A stretch of DNA of 64,000 nt from Owenia fusiformis (GCA_903813345.2 CAIIXF020000001.1:6324001-6388000); one strand, 5' to 3'; numbered from the stretch's first letter, positions 1 to 12,680 are shown. A program made the numbers and translations. Notes: generated from the sequence alone by a model not told the origin.

Positions 1-151
1 ATCCCAGGTTATTCCCAATTCTTTTCATCTGACTTGGAGATGTTACTATAAACTTATTGATGAATTACCTGGGTGTCAAACCATCATACTTCTACTTATC
101 GGGGAGGTTTCTGAAATGTTTGACACAAGTATCAAGTTATTTCTACTCTAC

Positions 152-314
152 CTTAAGTTCCCCCAACATCTCAGATGTTGGTTTGGGAATAAGTGACATC
201 ATAGTTAACCAGATGGAAGTATATTCCTCAACCTCATTGCTTGCAATCTTTTTCTTGATTAACTTTACAGCGGCAGTTGTTCCAAGAAGTGGGATAGCCT
301 CGTGCATGAATGTC
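152..314 (-). CDS. LLTP coding exon 8
   Basis: 163 nt, phase 2-0; TFMHEAIPLLGTTAAVKLIK...WLTMMSLIPKPTSEMLGELK (helical LLT region). Confidence 0.88.
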
Positions 315-3300
315 CTGAAAATGCCAAGATATTTCGTTATGCGACTACTGTTTTATGCGTGTAATCGTTTAAAGTTTTATGTGGTATTGTCGACAAACAT
401 CTCACTACCTGAATGTCCTGAAAATGCCAAGATTTCGTTATGCGACTACCGTTTTATGCGTGTAATCGTTTAAAGTTTTATGTGGTATTGTCGATCTGCT
501 ACGATCATTAACAACTTACTTTGCCTTGGAACAAGGGTTTCTCGAGGCCCTGTTAAGTACACTCTCCAGGGAATCGGCCCCCAATTGCCTCAGTTTGTAG
601 ACCAACTTCGAGAACAAAAATGGAACCTCTGGTCTGATTTCATCTGATGATTTGTCACAAAGGTCTCTGAGAATGCTCTCGGCGTCTCGCACATTCGAAG
701 ACTCAACCTCGGGTGCTTCAGTGTGGCTGAATTTCAGATTTGTCCTCTTTACAATGTTGATGCTGTCTGGAAAAGTATTGTTAACACATTTAGAATTATA
801 AGCTTACAGTAAGACTGAATATATGAAAATGACACACTAAGTTACACCGGCTTGGTCTCATGCCTGCAGGTTGGTAGTCCGGTAGAAAGCCGAAAAATTG
901 GATGAAGAAAATGAAAAGAGACAAACTGACTTCGACCCAGGCCATTTATCCGATAATACCGTTTAAACTTACCAAGTGGTGTTCTTCTGCTTCGGAATTC
1001 TCTGGTAAATTCCAGAACTTGAGTACTTGTAGTAACTGCGCCACTTTTCTCATTGGAGAATGGTCTAAACATATGCATTTCCTCACATGCAGTCTTGACA
1101 AGCTTGCCGTATGCGTCTATCATCTGCTCGCATTCGTGAGTGCTCTTCAGAATTGGCATTGACTGCAGTGGCTGCAAGGGGAGTCATCATCTTAGTTTTC
1201 AGTTACAGAAGTTAAAAAGAAAGTAGAAGGGATGGGGACTGTAATGTTGGGAGCAATTTTAATGCAAATAATTCCCTTATATCCTTTTTATATTTCCAGA
1301 AAAGGTAGTGAGATGTTTGTTGAAATTAGAAGATCGAAGATGCAAAGATATCCATATTAATTAGAATTGATAAAAGGCTTTGTATAAAAAACCTCCTACC
1401 TCATACCCACCTACCCACCTACGTAGAACATGATACAGTCATTGAAGGGTTCAATTTGAAAGATTATTAAATCTCAAAATAGCTCAAATTATTAACATTT
1501 CTACAATTCCGGTTTTATTTTATGACTACAGAGATGACAGATCCATAAATAAAGGCATATGGATGCATTTTAATGTGTAATGACCCGAGGGCGCCCCAGG
1601 GGAATAAATAACTTACGACCGCGAGCAAAGATCCAACAAGCCAGATAAAGAAATTGATAGAAAGTGTTCTAAATTCGATGCCCCTTGTGGGAATCGAACC
1701 CAGCTGGGATGTAGTAGCAACTTGCTATCAAGGGTCATTACAGATGCATCTATAGTTCATCATAAACTAAGATTTAATAAACTAAGATCTTTAAAATCGA
1801 ACCCTTCAAAGACTGTATCATGTCCCACGTACGTGGGTAGGTGGGTATGAGGTAGGAGGTTTTTTATACAAAGCCTTGATAAAATAGTATGTTCTCTTTT
1901 CGATAAACTTTAAAATCGACGGATTATTCTGAAGCAGTCAGAACTGTTTAAAAAACATGGACTGATGAAAGATTTTGAACTTCCTATCCTTCTATTTGCA
2001 TTATAATGAGCTGGAAGCTGAATAAAATGTTATTGGAGATGCGGTAGTAAAAAATGAATTTGCTTACAGATCTTGCGTCATATGGAGTACCCTGAACGTA
2101 TGTTTGTTGGTGGTTTCTGTCCAAGCATTCAAGTATGTTCTTGGACCTGCTCACCGTCTTCATTCCCCTGCTCTCACTTTCTTTAACAGTGTAGTGGGTT
2201 GGGCAATTCCCTGCTATGTCGACCTGAAGTGAATTCAATGACGTTTATATAAAGTTCCTTCGGAGGACAATAACGATGATGTGATATCAAGAACACGTGC
2301 TTCACATGAGCAAACTAAACAACGGATGGAGTATTTGGATATCTAATTAGAGATTCATATTTTCAATATGTGATGTTCAATGAACTTTCGATCTGTAGAA
2401 CGAACGCTAAAATTCAAAAAATGTATAAATGAGACCTCCTTATTTTTACAAATATTACTCATGATAAGTATCTCATGGCTATAAGAATGTGACGTACTTC
2501 GTCCAGCATTGCTTCAGTTTCGAGATCATCCATTCCATTCTGGAAGGCTGAGAGCACGGCATGTTTGATATTCTGCGCCCATTCATCTTCACCTTCTGTG
2601 GCACAGGTGGCCTCGATGTGTCCATCTTGGAAGGCAAACCTGAGTGGATTCAGCTCAAGTTTCTCCTTGAATGTCCTCATACCGTTGACTTGGTTACGTC
2701 TTCTCAGATCTTTGGGATGGGATTCTTCTAGTGTCACATCAGTCAACTGAAATACAACGTTAATGAAAGGTGTTTTAATCCCAGGTGATTAAATTAGAGC
2801 CATGTATCGGCAATACATTCTAACTCTTAAACACCATCATATGCTATGAATGTGAAAGAATGTGATTGGAATTAGGTATTTGCTTTTAAGTTTGAATAAA
2901 TAAATTCTTATAAAAAAATTAAAAAATGTGACGCACCATGTACGAAAGTGTAAATCGTGGAATGGTATCATCTAGGATAAGTTACTTATTCACATAAAGT
3001 TCTCATAATATCTCTCTAATATTTTTATTTTTCAATATATATATTCTAATGAAATTTTCATGAAATCTGCAGTATAGAACACTGTATTAATCTATCAAAA
3101 AATATTTGGTATAACAGAAAAATTAAATAAGTAATGGTTGCCATAGTAACCGGAAATCAAGGCACCCGGGGCAAATAAAAATAATTGAGAAAATGAGCTT
3201 AATTAACCATGTTTACAAACATAATAAACTTTCATAAATTATCAAACACATTAAAATGTTATGTTAAATATGTTGTTAAATGCTTTTACTATAAAATAAA

Positions 3301-6300
3301 TTGATCATGTGAATTATGTGCTGTCTTAGGGGATGTTTACATGCTTCATTAGATGTGATACCAGACTCTGAGAATCAAAGCTTAATGATCAGAAATGACA
3401 GAGTAAGTTAATGCATAGATGCAGAGATCATCAGAAAAATAAAATTCATACTGACAAAAAGTTTGGTTAAGTTCGAAAAGTTCTTTGATCATACTAAAGA
3501 TGATCTAAAACAAATATGTTATTTGTTCTTCAAATATGTATCAACAAAATTACCCCCTATTTGTGGTCTAAACATATTTAAGATAAACTAAAGGGGGAAA
3601 TCGACTTTCCTTGGAATATTTGACAAAACAGTTGCAGTACCTAACAACACTTCTAATGAAGCATTACAATCATCCATTATGAGATCACACAATTCACATG
3701 ACCATTATAATTGTTCAAAACAGTCAAGAACTCATGGCATTTAACAATTTAATGTATTTCATAGCTTATTTGATAACTTATTATGCATTTAAACATGGTT
3801 AGTTGGGGCTATTCTTGCACAATTTTTTATTTGCCCCGGGTGCCTTGATTTCGGGTTACTATGGCAACCATTTCTTAAATAATATTTCTTATATACCAAA
3901 TATGTTTTGATAGATTAATACAGCATTCTATACTACACATTCTGTGAAAAAGTCATCAGAATATATTGAAAAAAAAAATTAGAGAGATATTATGAGAACT
4001 TTATGATATATCCTCGTAAATATAAGAAAACGTAAGAAAATATATTTTGTCTGATATGATTGAAACTGGATATTTTATTTGGCTCATTGAATTGTTTTCG
4101 CCATTATTGAAAATTCATAGTTCGTCTTTGAGAATGTTTATTTCGATTGTGTGTATGTTATCAATGTTTATGTTTACAAATTAATAGTCAAAACATGTCT
4201 AATATAAAGTGAGAAGATATCCTTGTTTGCATGGCCCTGCTTGCAAACTTATTGTCGATGTTAACAAGTACAATTGATAAGGACAACAACGACTAATCTT
4301 TCTTAATAGCATTAACCTCATCAAGAAGTCAAATACAAAGAGCCAAAACAGAACTCTTGGCCAAAATATTTGAAACTTTGACAATATTCTACCAATTTAT
4401 ACAAATTACAAACCTTTTGTTTTGTCAATGTCATAAAGCTTGCCACTCTTATTTTTTGTTGTAAAGCCATTTTGAACTGACTAATGACTGTATAATTAAT
4501 CAATGAGTAACTTAATGTATGGTATAGATGAATATATCATGAATATGTTTTGAAATATCGTCTAATTACTTTTACATTGAACTATTGCAATTTAATTTTT
4601 CAGTATGTTTGTAAGTATGTCACGGTTTATAAACATTCAATGATCATTACCTTCAATACCATCTCGCATGGTTCAATGACCTCAATGTTTGCAGTTGCCC
4701 GGATGTGTAAGCTGGAATGTTCCTCAGATGCTCCTTGTACACTTGTGACAGTGTCGGCCTCATACCTGTAGCTATATGTAGTACCAGGTTGATACCGGAA
4801 CTTCACACTCTCTGAAACACAAAGAGAAGCCTCTATGTCTATCTACCGGTCTACAGACTGCATATATTCTCTCGTCCTGTCGGGCGTCCTGTCCGACCAA
4901 TGTCACCATCAATGACATTTTAATTTACTAAATTATTTTAAGGTTGCCTGAAGCAGATTTACAAGATCGTATTGGCATTGGATGAATTGGGGATTTCCAT
5001 GGACGTCTATCCGAGATGGCATTCCCTGATTTGAGTGAAGGTGCAAGATTGCTGTCCAGGGGATAGAGGTCCGTGGGACGTTTCTAAGATAGGTCCAGGA
5101 TCGACACGAAAACAGATTCCATGAAAAAATTGCTGATCCAATAATAGGAATATGGCAATCAATAATTTATTGCAAATATGGGTTTAATTAAATAGGTCAA
5201 ATTCTCATGCATAGCTGTAGGTTTGGGGTGATAGAAGATGACAGTGTTGTGAAGGGGTTTGTTTATTCATTTATATAGAGACAAACCTTGGCTGCCACTT
5301 TATATCGGCCTGTGTTTTCACGATTGAATGATATCGACACACTAAAAATTGGGCCTTAAATTGTGAAAAGTAAGTTTATATGTTATTACATGTTGAAAAA
5401 AATAAGTAAGAACATTTATTTGTTGAGAAATTTCTTAATGTGCCATCAATGTACATACACATTATCTATAAACCTAACTGATCATCCAATGAACTCGATT
5501 CAAGATCAATTGGTTTGCTCATTAATTATAAGAGTATCGAAAATGTTGAATGATAATGTGTGGTAAAAACATAAACACATCACGGTCATTGGGAATGATA
5601 CCTTTGAACAGCAAAATCTATTTTTGAGCAAAAACGGATGCGCAATCGTGTTTCAAAGAAACCAGATTTTTAACTCAACATCCTGTTTTCTGTTTATATG
5701 CAAAATGTTGCTGATCGGTTAGTATCATATCAGCAGGGTCGTTGGATGTAAATGTAAGGCCGAAGAATATAATATGACCGATAATGAGAACGCAATGCAA
5801 TGAACAAGAGTTATGTGGCCTGACAACAACATGGATGTGTTGACTATGAGCTAGATTTCTGTGATTTTCTGATTTCTTTCTCATCAAAATCTCAATTGAT
5901 TTAGCCAATGTAACATTTATTGCATTGAATTGTCCAAGGTCTGATTGTTACTTGCCCAATTTACAATGATTAATGTATACTTCAAAAAATTACTGATGTT
6001 GTGAAACAAATAGAATACACTTGTTTGTGAATGTTTTATCAAACTTTGTCACCAATTTGAAGTATTTACGTAGTGATGTCAGCTGTGTGTCTTATAATAT
6101 GGTTGAAATTATGATAAATGCAGGCTCTTTAAGAGGTTTTCTGACGAAAGAGGGACAAACTGACATGAATTTAGCTGATGTCAGACATTCTAAGGTCTGA
6201 TGTAAGTGTCCTTTATCCTTTGGGAATCCAAGGTCTTTATGACCGACGAACCGAATATAAGCAGACGACAGTTGGTTGATTTGTATAGAGCTGTCGGTCT

Positions 6301-8943
6301 TGCATCAACCGGCGTCAATGACAAACAACCGGTAATCAGGCAGGCAGTAGTAGTCAATGTTCGGGCCCGTAGCCATACCAAGGGGTGCGGTTTTACGAAG
6401 GGGGAGCCTTTGCCAAGGAGGGGGAGCTTTTTGTCAGTTTTGGCTACAAAATCATGTAAAGTACTCAGAATAGAGAAAAACTGAATGGTTTTGAAAGAAT
6501 ACCCCCCCCCCCCCGGCTACGGGCCTGATGCTGCGTGTTTTATTTCGAAAGTATTGTTCAAAATTGAATCAAAAGTGCAATGTAATTCTGATCCTAAATA
6601 ACCTATTTATTTTTCATTCATCTTATTTGCATTTTGATTATCGATTTTAAAAGATGCTGAGAGTGATCGGGTGGTGTAGGTCTACCCCGGGAGGAATGAG
6701 AGACCTACTTGTCATTTTGTCGTCGGTTTAACTGTTGTTGCACAATCTCGTTCAACTCTCTTATCTGTCGTTTGCGAGAGGTACTTTGGAATAAAGATCA
6801 AGACAAATGGGATGCAGTTATCATGATGATTGTTGCAGATTTGTATCTGATGTGGGCTTACGTTCTATCGAGGTATACACATACAGGTAAATGACCACCA
6901 CTGAGTAGGCTTACATCAATCATTTTCTTTTAATCTCGATCATCAATTTATTTTGTTATATACATTATTCAATGTTTAGGTCAGAGGTGTAAAAATTAAA
7001 TTGCAAAATGATTTATTGATTAATCGTGGCCCTAAAATCAGACCATAGATTTGAACTCAGCTGTTGTATTGAGAACACGATGATAAACGATCATATTTTT
7101 ATCAGTTTCTTTTGCACTTAATATGCGATGATCAAAATGTGTTGCCTGTTGTACACGGTAAGCAACCATATTGCACCGGGGATTGTATGATTGTGGTATT
7201 GGTAAATAGAACATGTTTATAGTTTTTGTTCATTCGCTCATTGAAACGAAGGATGAGTTTTGCCTCGCTCGCAATGATTAGACAATGGAAATGCTAATGA
7301 AAATGGACCTGACGCCAATACAAAAATAAAACGCCATTGGCTTTGTCAATTTCGTAAAATAAGAATGAAATATTAGATTCTTACCTTTACAATGACTCGA
7401 ACATTTGGATTCATCTAACAGATCTAATGATACTGGAACTGAAAATAAAGAAAAACGGTTTAATCGGAATGAAAAACAATAAATACTGCCAAAAAACACC
7501 TTAATTGACAAGGTTTCATTTGTTTGAAACTGAACTTGAGAAACGTATGAGCACCCTTTGCAATTTAACTACAACTAAGTTTTCTTATACAAATCGAAAA
7601 AACAAGATTTCCCCCTCCCTTATTATTTAATATTTTATTTCGTCCAAGGGATGAAGAGGGTTAAGATCCGTAAACTGTAATGCAACTAAAGCACTCAAAG
7701 TGCCACACAGTTGTAACTGAAACAGGATCATTTCGATGTAAACAGAACTTTTGCGCACCAAGAGGCTACCCTGGAGGACCTTCGATTTACAAGTATCCTC
7801 CTCCAGGTGCATCAATTGTTTCGAGGCGAAGCCTTCCATAATGCACTTTATGGACTTTAATGTGATGGAGAGTGTAATTTTTGGAACTCTACCAAAAGAA
7901 CAGCTGATTGCTGCCAAAATACTGGAACAAGTTTCTGGTACAAGGGGTCGCCATGACCTCACTGCGCAGTTTAAAACTTAGGCTTTGTTTAGTTTTAGGT
8001 CCCAAGCAATTTATCAAGAATTTGTTCCTTGATTCTCAAGGTCAGAGACAATGCAAACATTATATACAGAGTCCAAGAACCAAACAAAGCAGCCAACCAT
8101 AGCAGTAAAGTAATCACGAAAAACAGAAAATCTGAAATGTATCACCACACCGACTCCACATTGACAGTTCTTATGTTCCTAGAAAAGGATTCTACTGCGG
8201 GAAATAAGTGGATATAATTTCAACGACATACTCGCTATCTTATATGACGACTTACATCAGATAACTCGAAAAATTGTTGTTGTCGTTTGTTAAGTCCTGA
8301 ACTACACCATAACTCAGTAGAGCATAACCTCCATGCAGAAAACAACGTACAATCAAAAATGCAAATCAAACGAAGAATAAGCAAATGAAAGGGAAATATT
8401 ACTCGGTGTTGGGAACTGACAAAATCTCCAAATTGAAATGTTCTGGACAAAGTACTCTTTGATAGAATCTAATTTATATTTTCCGTTTGCACTTACATGT
8501 ATGGTTGCACAAAGTTTCGATTTTTATTTTTTAAATTTCTGATAGCTACCATTCCAAATCCCATTCAAAAACCAATATGAGAAAATGAGGCCGTTCAGCA
8601 GGCTTATGTGTCAGTTTGGATGCACCACAAATGATAAATGCATTCAAAAATAGTTATATCACTGATAACTTGATATCAGTTTTTAAATAAAACATAAGTA
8701 CTACACAGTAATAACCTTGAATGATCTGAACTAAATTTGATTTCATATGACATATCAAAATTACGACATTTGCTATGTAAACACATTAACTGTCATCAAT
8801 AAAAAAGTTAAACATTTTAGAACATTTGCTTATAAAAGATAAAGTTTTTAAAATAAAATAAAGTAACAAAATAGTATTTTTGTCCTACCTGCTAAAGTTC
8901 CTGCCACTAAAGCGGCTAGGAGAATAACTCCTTTAGTTGCCAT
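152..8943 (-). CDS. Large lipid transfer protein (apolipophorin/vitellogenin/apoB-like), N-terminal part; exons 8889-8943, 7385-7438, 4651-4811, 2498-2746, 2068-2223, 973-1171, 520-766, 152-314; gene continues beyond the left edge
   Basis: Eight GT-AG exons join in phase (1,1,0,0,0,1,2,0) into one open frame: signal peptide MATKGVILLAALVAGTLA, then KCSSHCKESVKFRYQPGTTYSYRYEA...PCEMVLK...NPLRFAFQDG...WAQNIKHAVLSAFQN...VDIAGNCPTHY...CEEMHMFRPFS. These motifs are typical of the Vitellogenin_N/LLT domain of apolipophorin-type proteins. Confidence 0.9.
307..494. repeat. Tandem duplication of about 86 bp covering an LLTP splice acceptor
   Basis: 307-393 and 410-494 are near-identical (one 2-bp indel, one substitution), separated by a 16-bp filler. 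Confidence 0.9.
520..766 (-). CDS. LLTP coding exon 7
   Basis: 247 nt, phase 1-2; SINIVKRTNLKFSH...RPEVPFLFSKLVYKLRQL...PCSKA; donor gtaagt. Confidence 0.88.
973..1171 (-). CDS. LLTP coding exon 6
   Basis: 199 nt; PLQSMPILKSTHECEQ...CEEMHMFRPFSNEKSGAVT...; donor gtaagt; an in-frame alternative acceptor lies 9 nt further in. Confidence 0.88.
1376..1875. mobile_element. 500-bp MITE with 9-bp TSD (Mutator-like)
   Basis: TIRs of about 80 bp (GGCTTTGTATAAAAAACCTCCTACC...); TTGATAAAA on both flanks (1367-1375, 1876-1884). Confidence 0.88.
2068..2223 (-). CDS. LLTP coding exon 5
   Basis: 156 nt, phase 0-0; VDIAGNCPTHYTV...YDARS; donor gtaagc. Confidence 0.9.
2498..2746 (-). CDS. LLTP coding exon 4
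   Basis: 249 nt, phase 0-0; LTDVTLEE...NPLRFAFQDG...WAQNIKHAVLSAFQN...EAMLDE. Confidence 0.9.
2993..4005. mobile_element. Foldback/MITE with long diverged inverted arms
   Basis: Arms 2993-~3230 and ~3780-4005 are reverse complements (shared core GGTTGCCATAGTAACC..GGCACCCGGGGCAAATAAAA); no clear TSD. Confidence 0.8.
4651..4811 (-). CDS. LLTP coding exon 3
   Basis: tttcag|..AAG|gtaatg; 161 nt; SVKFRYQPGTTYSYRYEADTVTSVQGASEEHSSLHIRATANIEVIEPCEMVLK. Confidence 0.9.
6362..6527. mobile_element. Short MITE of the CAGG..GTAGCC TIR family
   Basis: CGGGCCCGTAGCC...GGCTACGGGCCTG with an internal poly-C run; relatives at 26228-26379, 48950-49202 and about 46053-46093. Confidence 0.65.
7385..7438 (-). 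CDS. LLTP coding exon 2
   Basis: ttttcag|..G|gtaag; 54 nt, phase 1-1; (V)PVSLDLLDESKCSSHCK. Confidence 0.8.
8889..8943 (-). CDS. LLTP coding exon 1 (signal peptide)
   Basis: ATG at 8943; MATKGVILLAALVAGTLA+G; donor G|GTAGGA; 55 nt. Confidence 0.85.
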
Positions 8944-8996
8944 TATGCATCCATGTATTCTCTCCTCTCTCTCTGTAAAATGAAGCTGCTGCTCGC

Positions 8997-9170
8997 TTAT
9001 ATACCCCCAGTAGGTATACCCCGCATACAATTAAGTCCAAAAGTCAATTTCTGGCACTAGCTGCTTTAGATAAGTCTCTATGTTCTCTTAATAGATAAAC
9101 AACCTTTAGCTGATTTATAATTCAATTAGACATTGATAATCAAAATGATATGATTTGGTCACAGTGTTAC
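8997..9170 (-). promoter_or_regulatory. Putative LLTP promoter: TATA box with upstream DR1-like and GATA sites
   Basis: TATATAA on the minus strand at 8997-9003, about 55 nt upstream of the ATG; AGTCCAAAAGTCA (DR1-like) at about 9034-9046; AGATAA at about 9068 and 9093; TGATAA at about 9134. Confidence 0.45.
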
Positions 9171-11491
9171 CAGATGATTACTAGTGGCATATCTGTGTTT
9201 GTATTGATGTGTACATTTTGATAGGTCAATCTGGTATCAACAACGTTTATGTTGTTGATCTATTTCTTGTTGTTTCGCAATGGAATGGGTTGTAGCCTGC
9301 ATGCAACATCTCGTTTTATAAAGTTCATCTTGAGCCCCTTGGTTTGTTTTTTGTGTTCGATCGTGGGTATTTGGTCGTTTCATGCATACTGTGTAGTATT
9401 TTATTCTATTATGCAATACATTATATTGTATTTTGTTACAAGTTATCGCGGTATTGTATCACAAATAGTTGCCGCCGTTCTCATTGCGTTTTTGTATGTC
9501 ATTTTAACGAGAAGAAAATAACTTCGGTCGTCGAACAACTGTGCACCCAACGCCAAACGCCCCGCGCCCAAAACCCCACAATTTTATGGTACAATTTCAA
9601 ACACTCCTCGAAATATGAAAAATCTTTGTCCCCATAGCCCTGCGCTGCATGTTGAATTGCAATTCAAAAAAAATCTTGTATTTCCTTGGTGATTACTGAG
9701 CTTTTTATTTTTGAGAATGGCCCTTGATTAATTTGAAAAACTAAAAGGCGAGGCAAAGAATCACTGAGATAAGAATATTGTAAGTGTATTCGGTGACATG
9801 GGAGAATCCTAAGGGGCCGGCGCGGTACATAGGCCAACCACTTATCTACCTAACGGCATGGGAAAGATGTCTTTTTTAGTAGATGGAAAGGACAAATGCA
9901 ATGAATTTAATGTATATGACGGTTGTTTTACATTTATCTAATCTCATTTTGGTCGTTGAATATAATTTATTAAGCTATACATTTACTAAATTGGTGTCTT
10001 ATAAGCCGACACGGGCTGGAAGCAATGCCTTTAAAATCTTCAAATTGATTTTATAAATTCTTGTGACACAGAAATAAGTTATATTTATTATACCAAACTA
10101 AATTACTATCCCTGGACTTCATTTCAATTATAACAAATCATGTTTCTGTAAAATTCAGTGAGGCAGTTACCCTAATTTGCATTCATTCGAGTTCACTTCT
10201 TAAAAGAGAGCTTCGTCTTCGTAGTTGTCTCGTTAGCTTTATCATGCCATGTTCATGAAAAAATAAACGTCGCCTTCAAAATAAAATTAAAGTATCGACT
10301 GCCATACTGATCAGTGCAAACATGATTAACAAAATCAATTACTTACTCTAAATGTCGTGGAAAATTGAACAATTTGAAACATTTTGGGGTATTTTCTCCT
10401 GGCGACTAAAGTTACCCGCTTTAAGGTAATAGTTATTACATGTATATCGCAAAATAAGCCGATGGACGCCGGTCGTAGAGCAAGAATATTGATGTCACTG
10501 TATTCACAAGCTTACTGTAGATATAGGCTAGGTAATGTAAAATCTCCCATAGCCTAAATGTGGCTTAGATTTGGGGGTTTCTAATTTTTTACATTTGCCG
10601 GGGAATTGAATCCCGATTTAGATGTTTGGGGACATGAAATGCCGGAAGGCGATTTCCCCAACCCTGTCTTCATCGGTTCCGTAGTAGGTTATATTTGTTT
10701 GTACTTAAATAGACCTTTTGATTAAAAAAATTAGATCTTTTGTGTTAAAATGTCAAAAATAAGAAAAACACCAATCGAAAAAGAATATCAAGTTCTGGAT
10801 TTTGAAGCCCTGTGACCCGGGCCCTGTGATCGGATGATGAGGGGGGCTGGAGTGCAAGTATTTTCAGAATCACCGTGTCACCTGTTTTTCTTACAATGCA
10901 AGTCTAATGTAAATGAATATAAATGTATTATAATACATTAATTATTAGTAAGCACCAGCACACCACCACCTGAAGTTCGGACGCTCATCATAGTACAGCA
11001 GGGGCCCTATGGCGATGTCAAACGTTTTATGCTACTTGGATTGACAACAACCAATCGCTGATATTATTTTAGCGTAACCCAGTAGCTCTTTTCAGAAAAA
11101 GTAGAAATGTGTTGAAATATTATTTTTATCAATATTATACCCCTCACTGCCATCAATGGTCATTAATAACATCGACTGTAAGTATTTTGATATTTATTTT
11201 AGTACACCAATGGTATTATTTTATCTAAAGCTTCGTCTTTGTCTTGCATTGACGAAATGAAAAAGTAAAAATTCGTCTTCTGTTGAAAATGTTACTTCCG
11301 GGTTCTGAGTGTATGTTTGTGCCTTACCCTAACACTGTTAGATCTTTTTATTCTTGGTTGTTTGAAATATTTAGAAATGTTACTTATTGGGAGGTTCATA
11401 TAATAACAGGAATTATATGTACAGTAACATGTACCAGTGCTGTTGTGAATCTGTATCATTAAATAATGTGCTGGAATACTGTAAGCTTAAA

Positions 11492-12314
11492 ACTTTTTTC
11501 AAGGCCTGACTTCGTCGCTAACATGCTAAATATAAGAGTTAGCTGACGTTTGGGAGTCTGACTTACCTTCTAAAGGTTAGAACCCGAATCTTAATGAAAC
11601 CATATCACCTTTGTTCCGTCAACCATGGAGCATTTGCCACAACATCCAAGAGGTAAATCATGGATCGAGAAAATGAATGATTTCCTTGTAAATTCCGGAA
11701 GTTTCAATACGAAAAATTACCGAACATATGTGAAAACCGAATATTTGTTCGTTGTTTTCACGATTTACAGGTTCGTTTGTTCTTCAATGTTTTGGTCTAA
11801 ATTATAAAGCATCACCAACAGGTCTTACTCTATTAATCGACTAATACAGCAGACGGCTCATATTTCTACGTAGCATTTCATTCAGACCAATAGTGGGAGT
11901 GTAGATCACGCAGTTTCGTTCGTTGCGTACTTCACTTGAAATTGGTAATTTTAAATATTGACTACTTCACTTAGCTTGGCGGATGTAGAACATTGCTTAA
12001 TATTCTTTTAATTTTCACACCAGACATGCTTGGTTGACACGTCAACAAAGTAAAGTTCAAGGGTCAATGCGTTATTTCTTGATAACTACAACGCCTTCCC
12101 GGAAGTCAACATTGATGAAAAATGAAAAAGTCGGAAAAGCATTTACGCTAATTTCTATCAAATGCTATGTTTATGCATCATCATCGACGCAACACAGGTG
12201 ATATGGTTTCATTAAGATTCGGGTTCTAACCTTTAGAAGGTAAGTCAGACTCCCAAACGTCAGCTAACTCTTATATTTAGCATGTTAGTGACGCAGTCAG
12301 GCCTTGAAAAAAGT
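11492..12314. mobile_element. MITE with near-perfect TIRs of about 120 bp
   Basis: 11492-11610 is the reverse complement of 12196-12314 with about 2 mismatches. Confidence 0.88.
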
Positions 12315-12327
12315 AGAACATGTGTAG

Positions 12328-12418
12328 CATAGGCCAAGGGAAAAGTAATAGTAAGCTGTATATAGAAGAGACAGTCTCTTCTATATACGGCTTACTATTA
12401 CTTTACTCTTGGCCTATG
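12328..12418. mobile_element. TIR-only (palindromic) hAT-type MITE
   Basis: CATAGGCC...GGCCTATG, 45-bp arms with a 1-nt loop; 8-bp TSD ATGTGTAG. Confidence 0.9.
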
Positions 12419-12680
12419 ATGTGTAGGACGTACAGGGTATCCCAGATTTTGAAAAATGGAGTATTGTCTCTCTTTAACTAGCCTTGCTTCGGTCGTAAGC
12501 TAAAGACTCGAGTAAAACTAGCCTATCTCTAAGTTCTAGGCTTGTGCACATAAAGTAGGGACCTGTTATTTTCAAATCGACCAGTATTTCAATATAGCCT
12601 ATGGAAAGGGTTTGGTTTACTCACTTCGAGAATCGAGAGCCATGTTAGATTTTGAAACTTATAGCTCTCCAACGGAGAAA

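Noticed and set aside
57-473. 138-aa plus-strand ORF (and similar short ORFs at 902, 2565, 4550 and 38123-38884)
   Set aside because: Antisense shadows of LLTP exons or of the LINE ORF.
1681-1725. tRNA-like B-box GGGTTCGATTCCC on the minus strand
   Set aside because: No A-box or cloverleaf could be built; it lies inside a MITE and is at most a SINE/tRNA remnant.
7627-8217. Cluster of overlapping short ORFs in LLTP intron 1
   Set aside because: No recognisable domain or consistent splice pattern; possibly decayed repeat sequence.
8256-8296. Candidate extra LLTP exon GLNKRQQQFFELSD with AG/GTAAGT borders
   Set aside because: 41 nt, phase 1 to 0; inclusion would frameshift the next exon, and exons 1 and 2 already join in frame.
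9157-9169. Oestrogen-response-element-like GGTCACAGTGTTA upstream of the LLTP gene
   Set aside because: The second half-site has three mismatches to TGACC; not supportable as an ERE.
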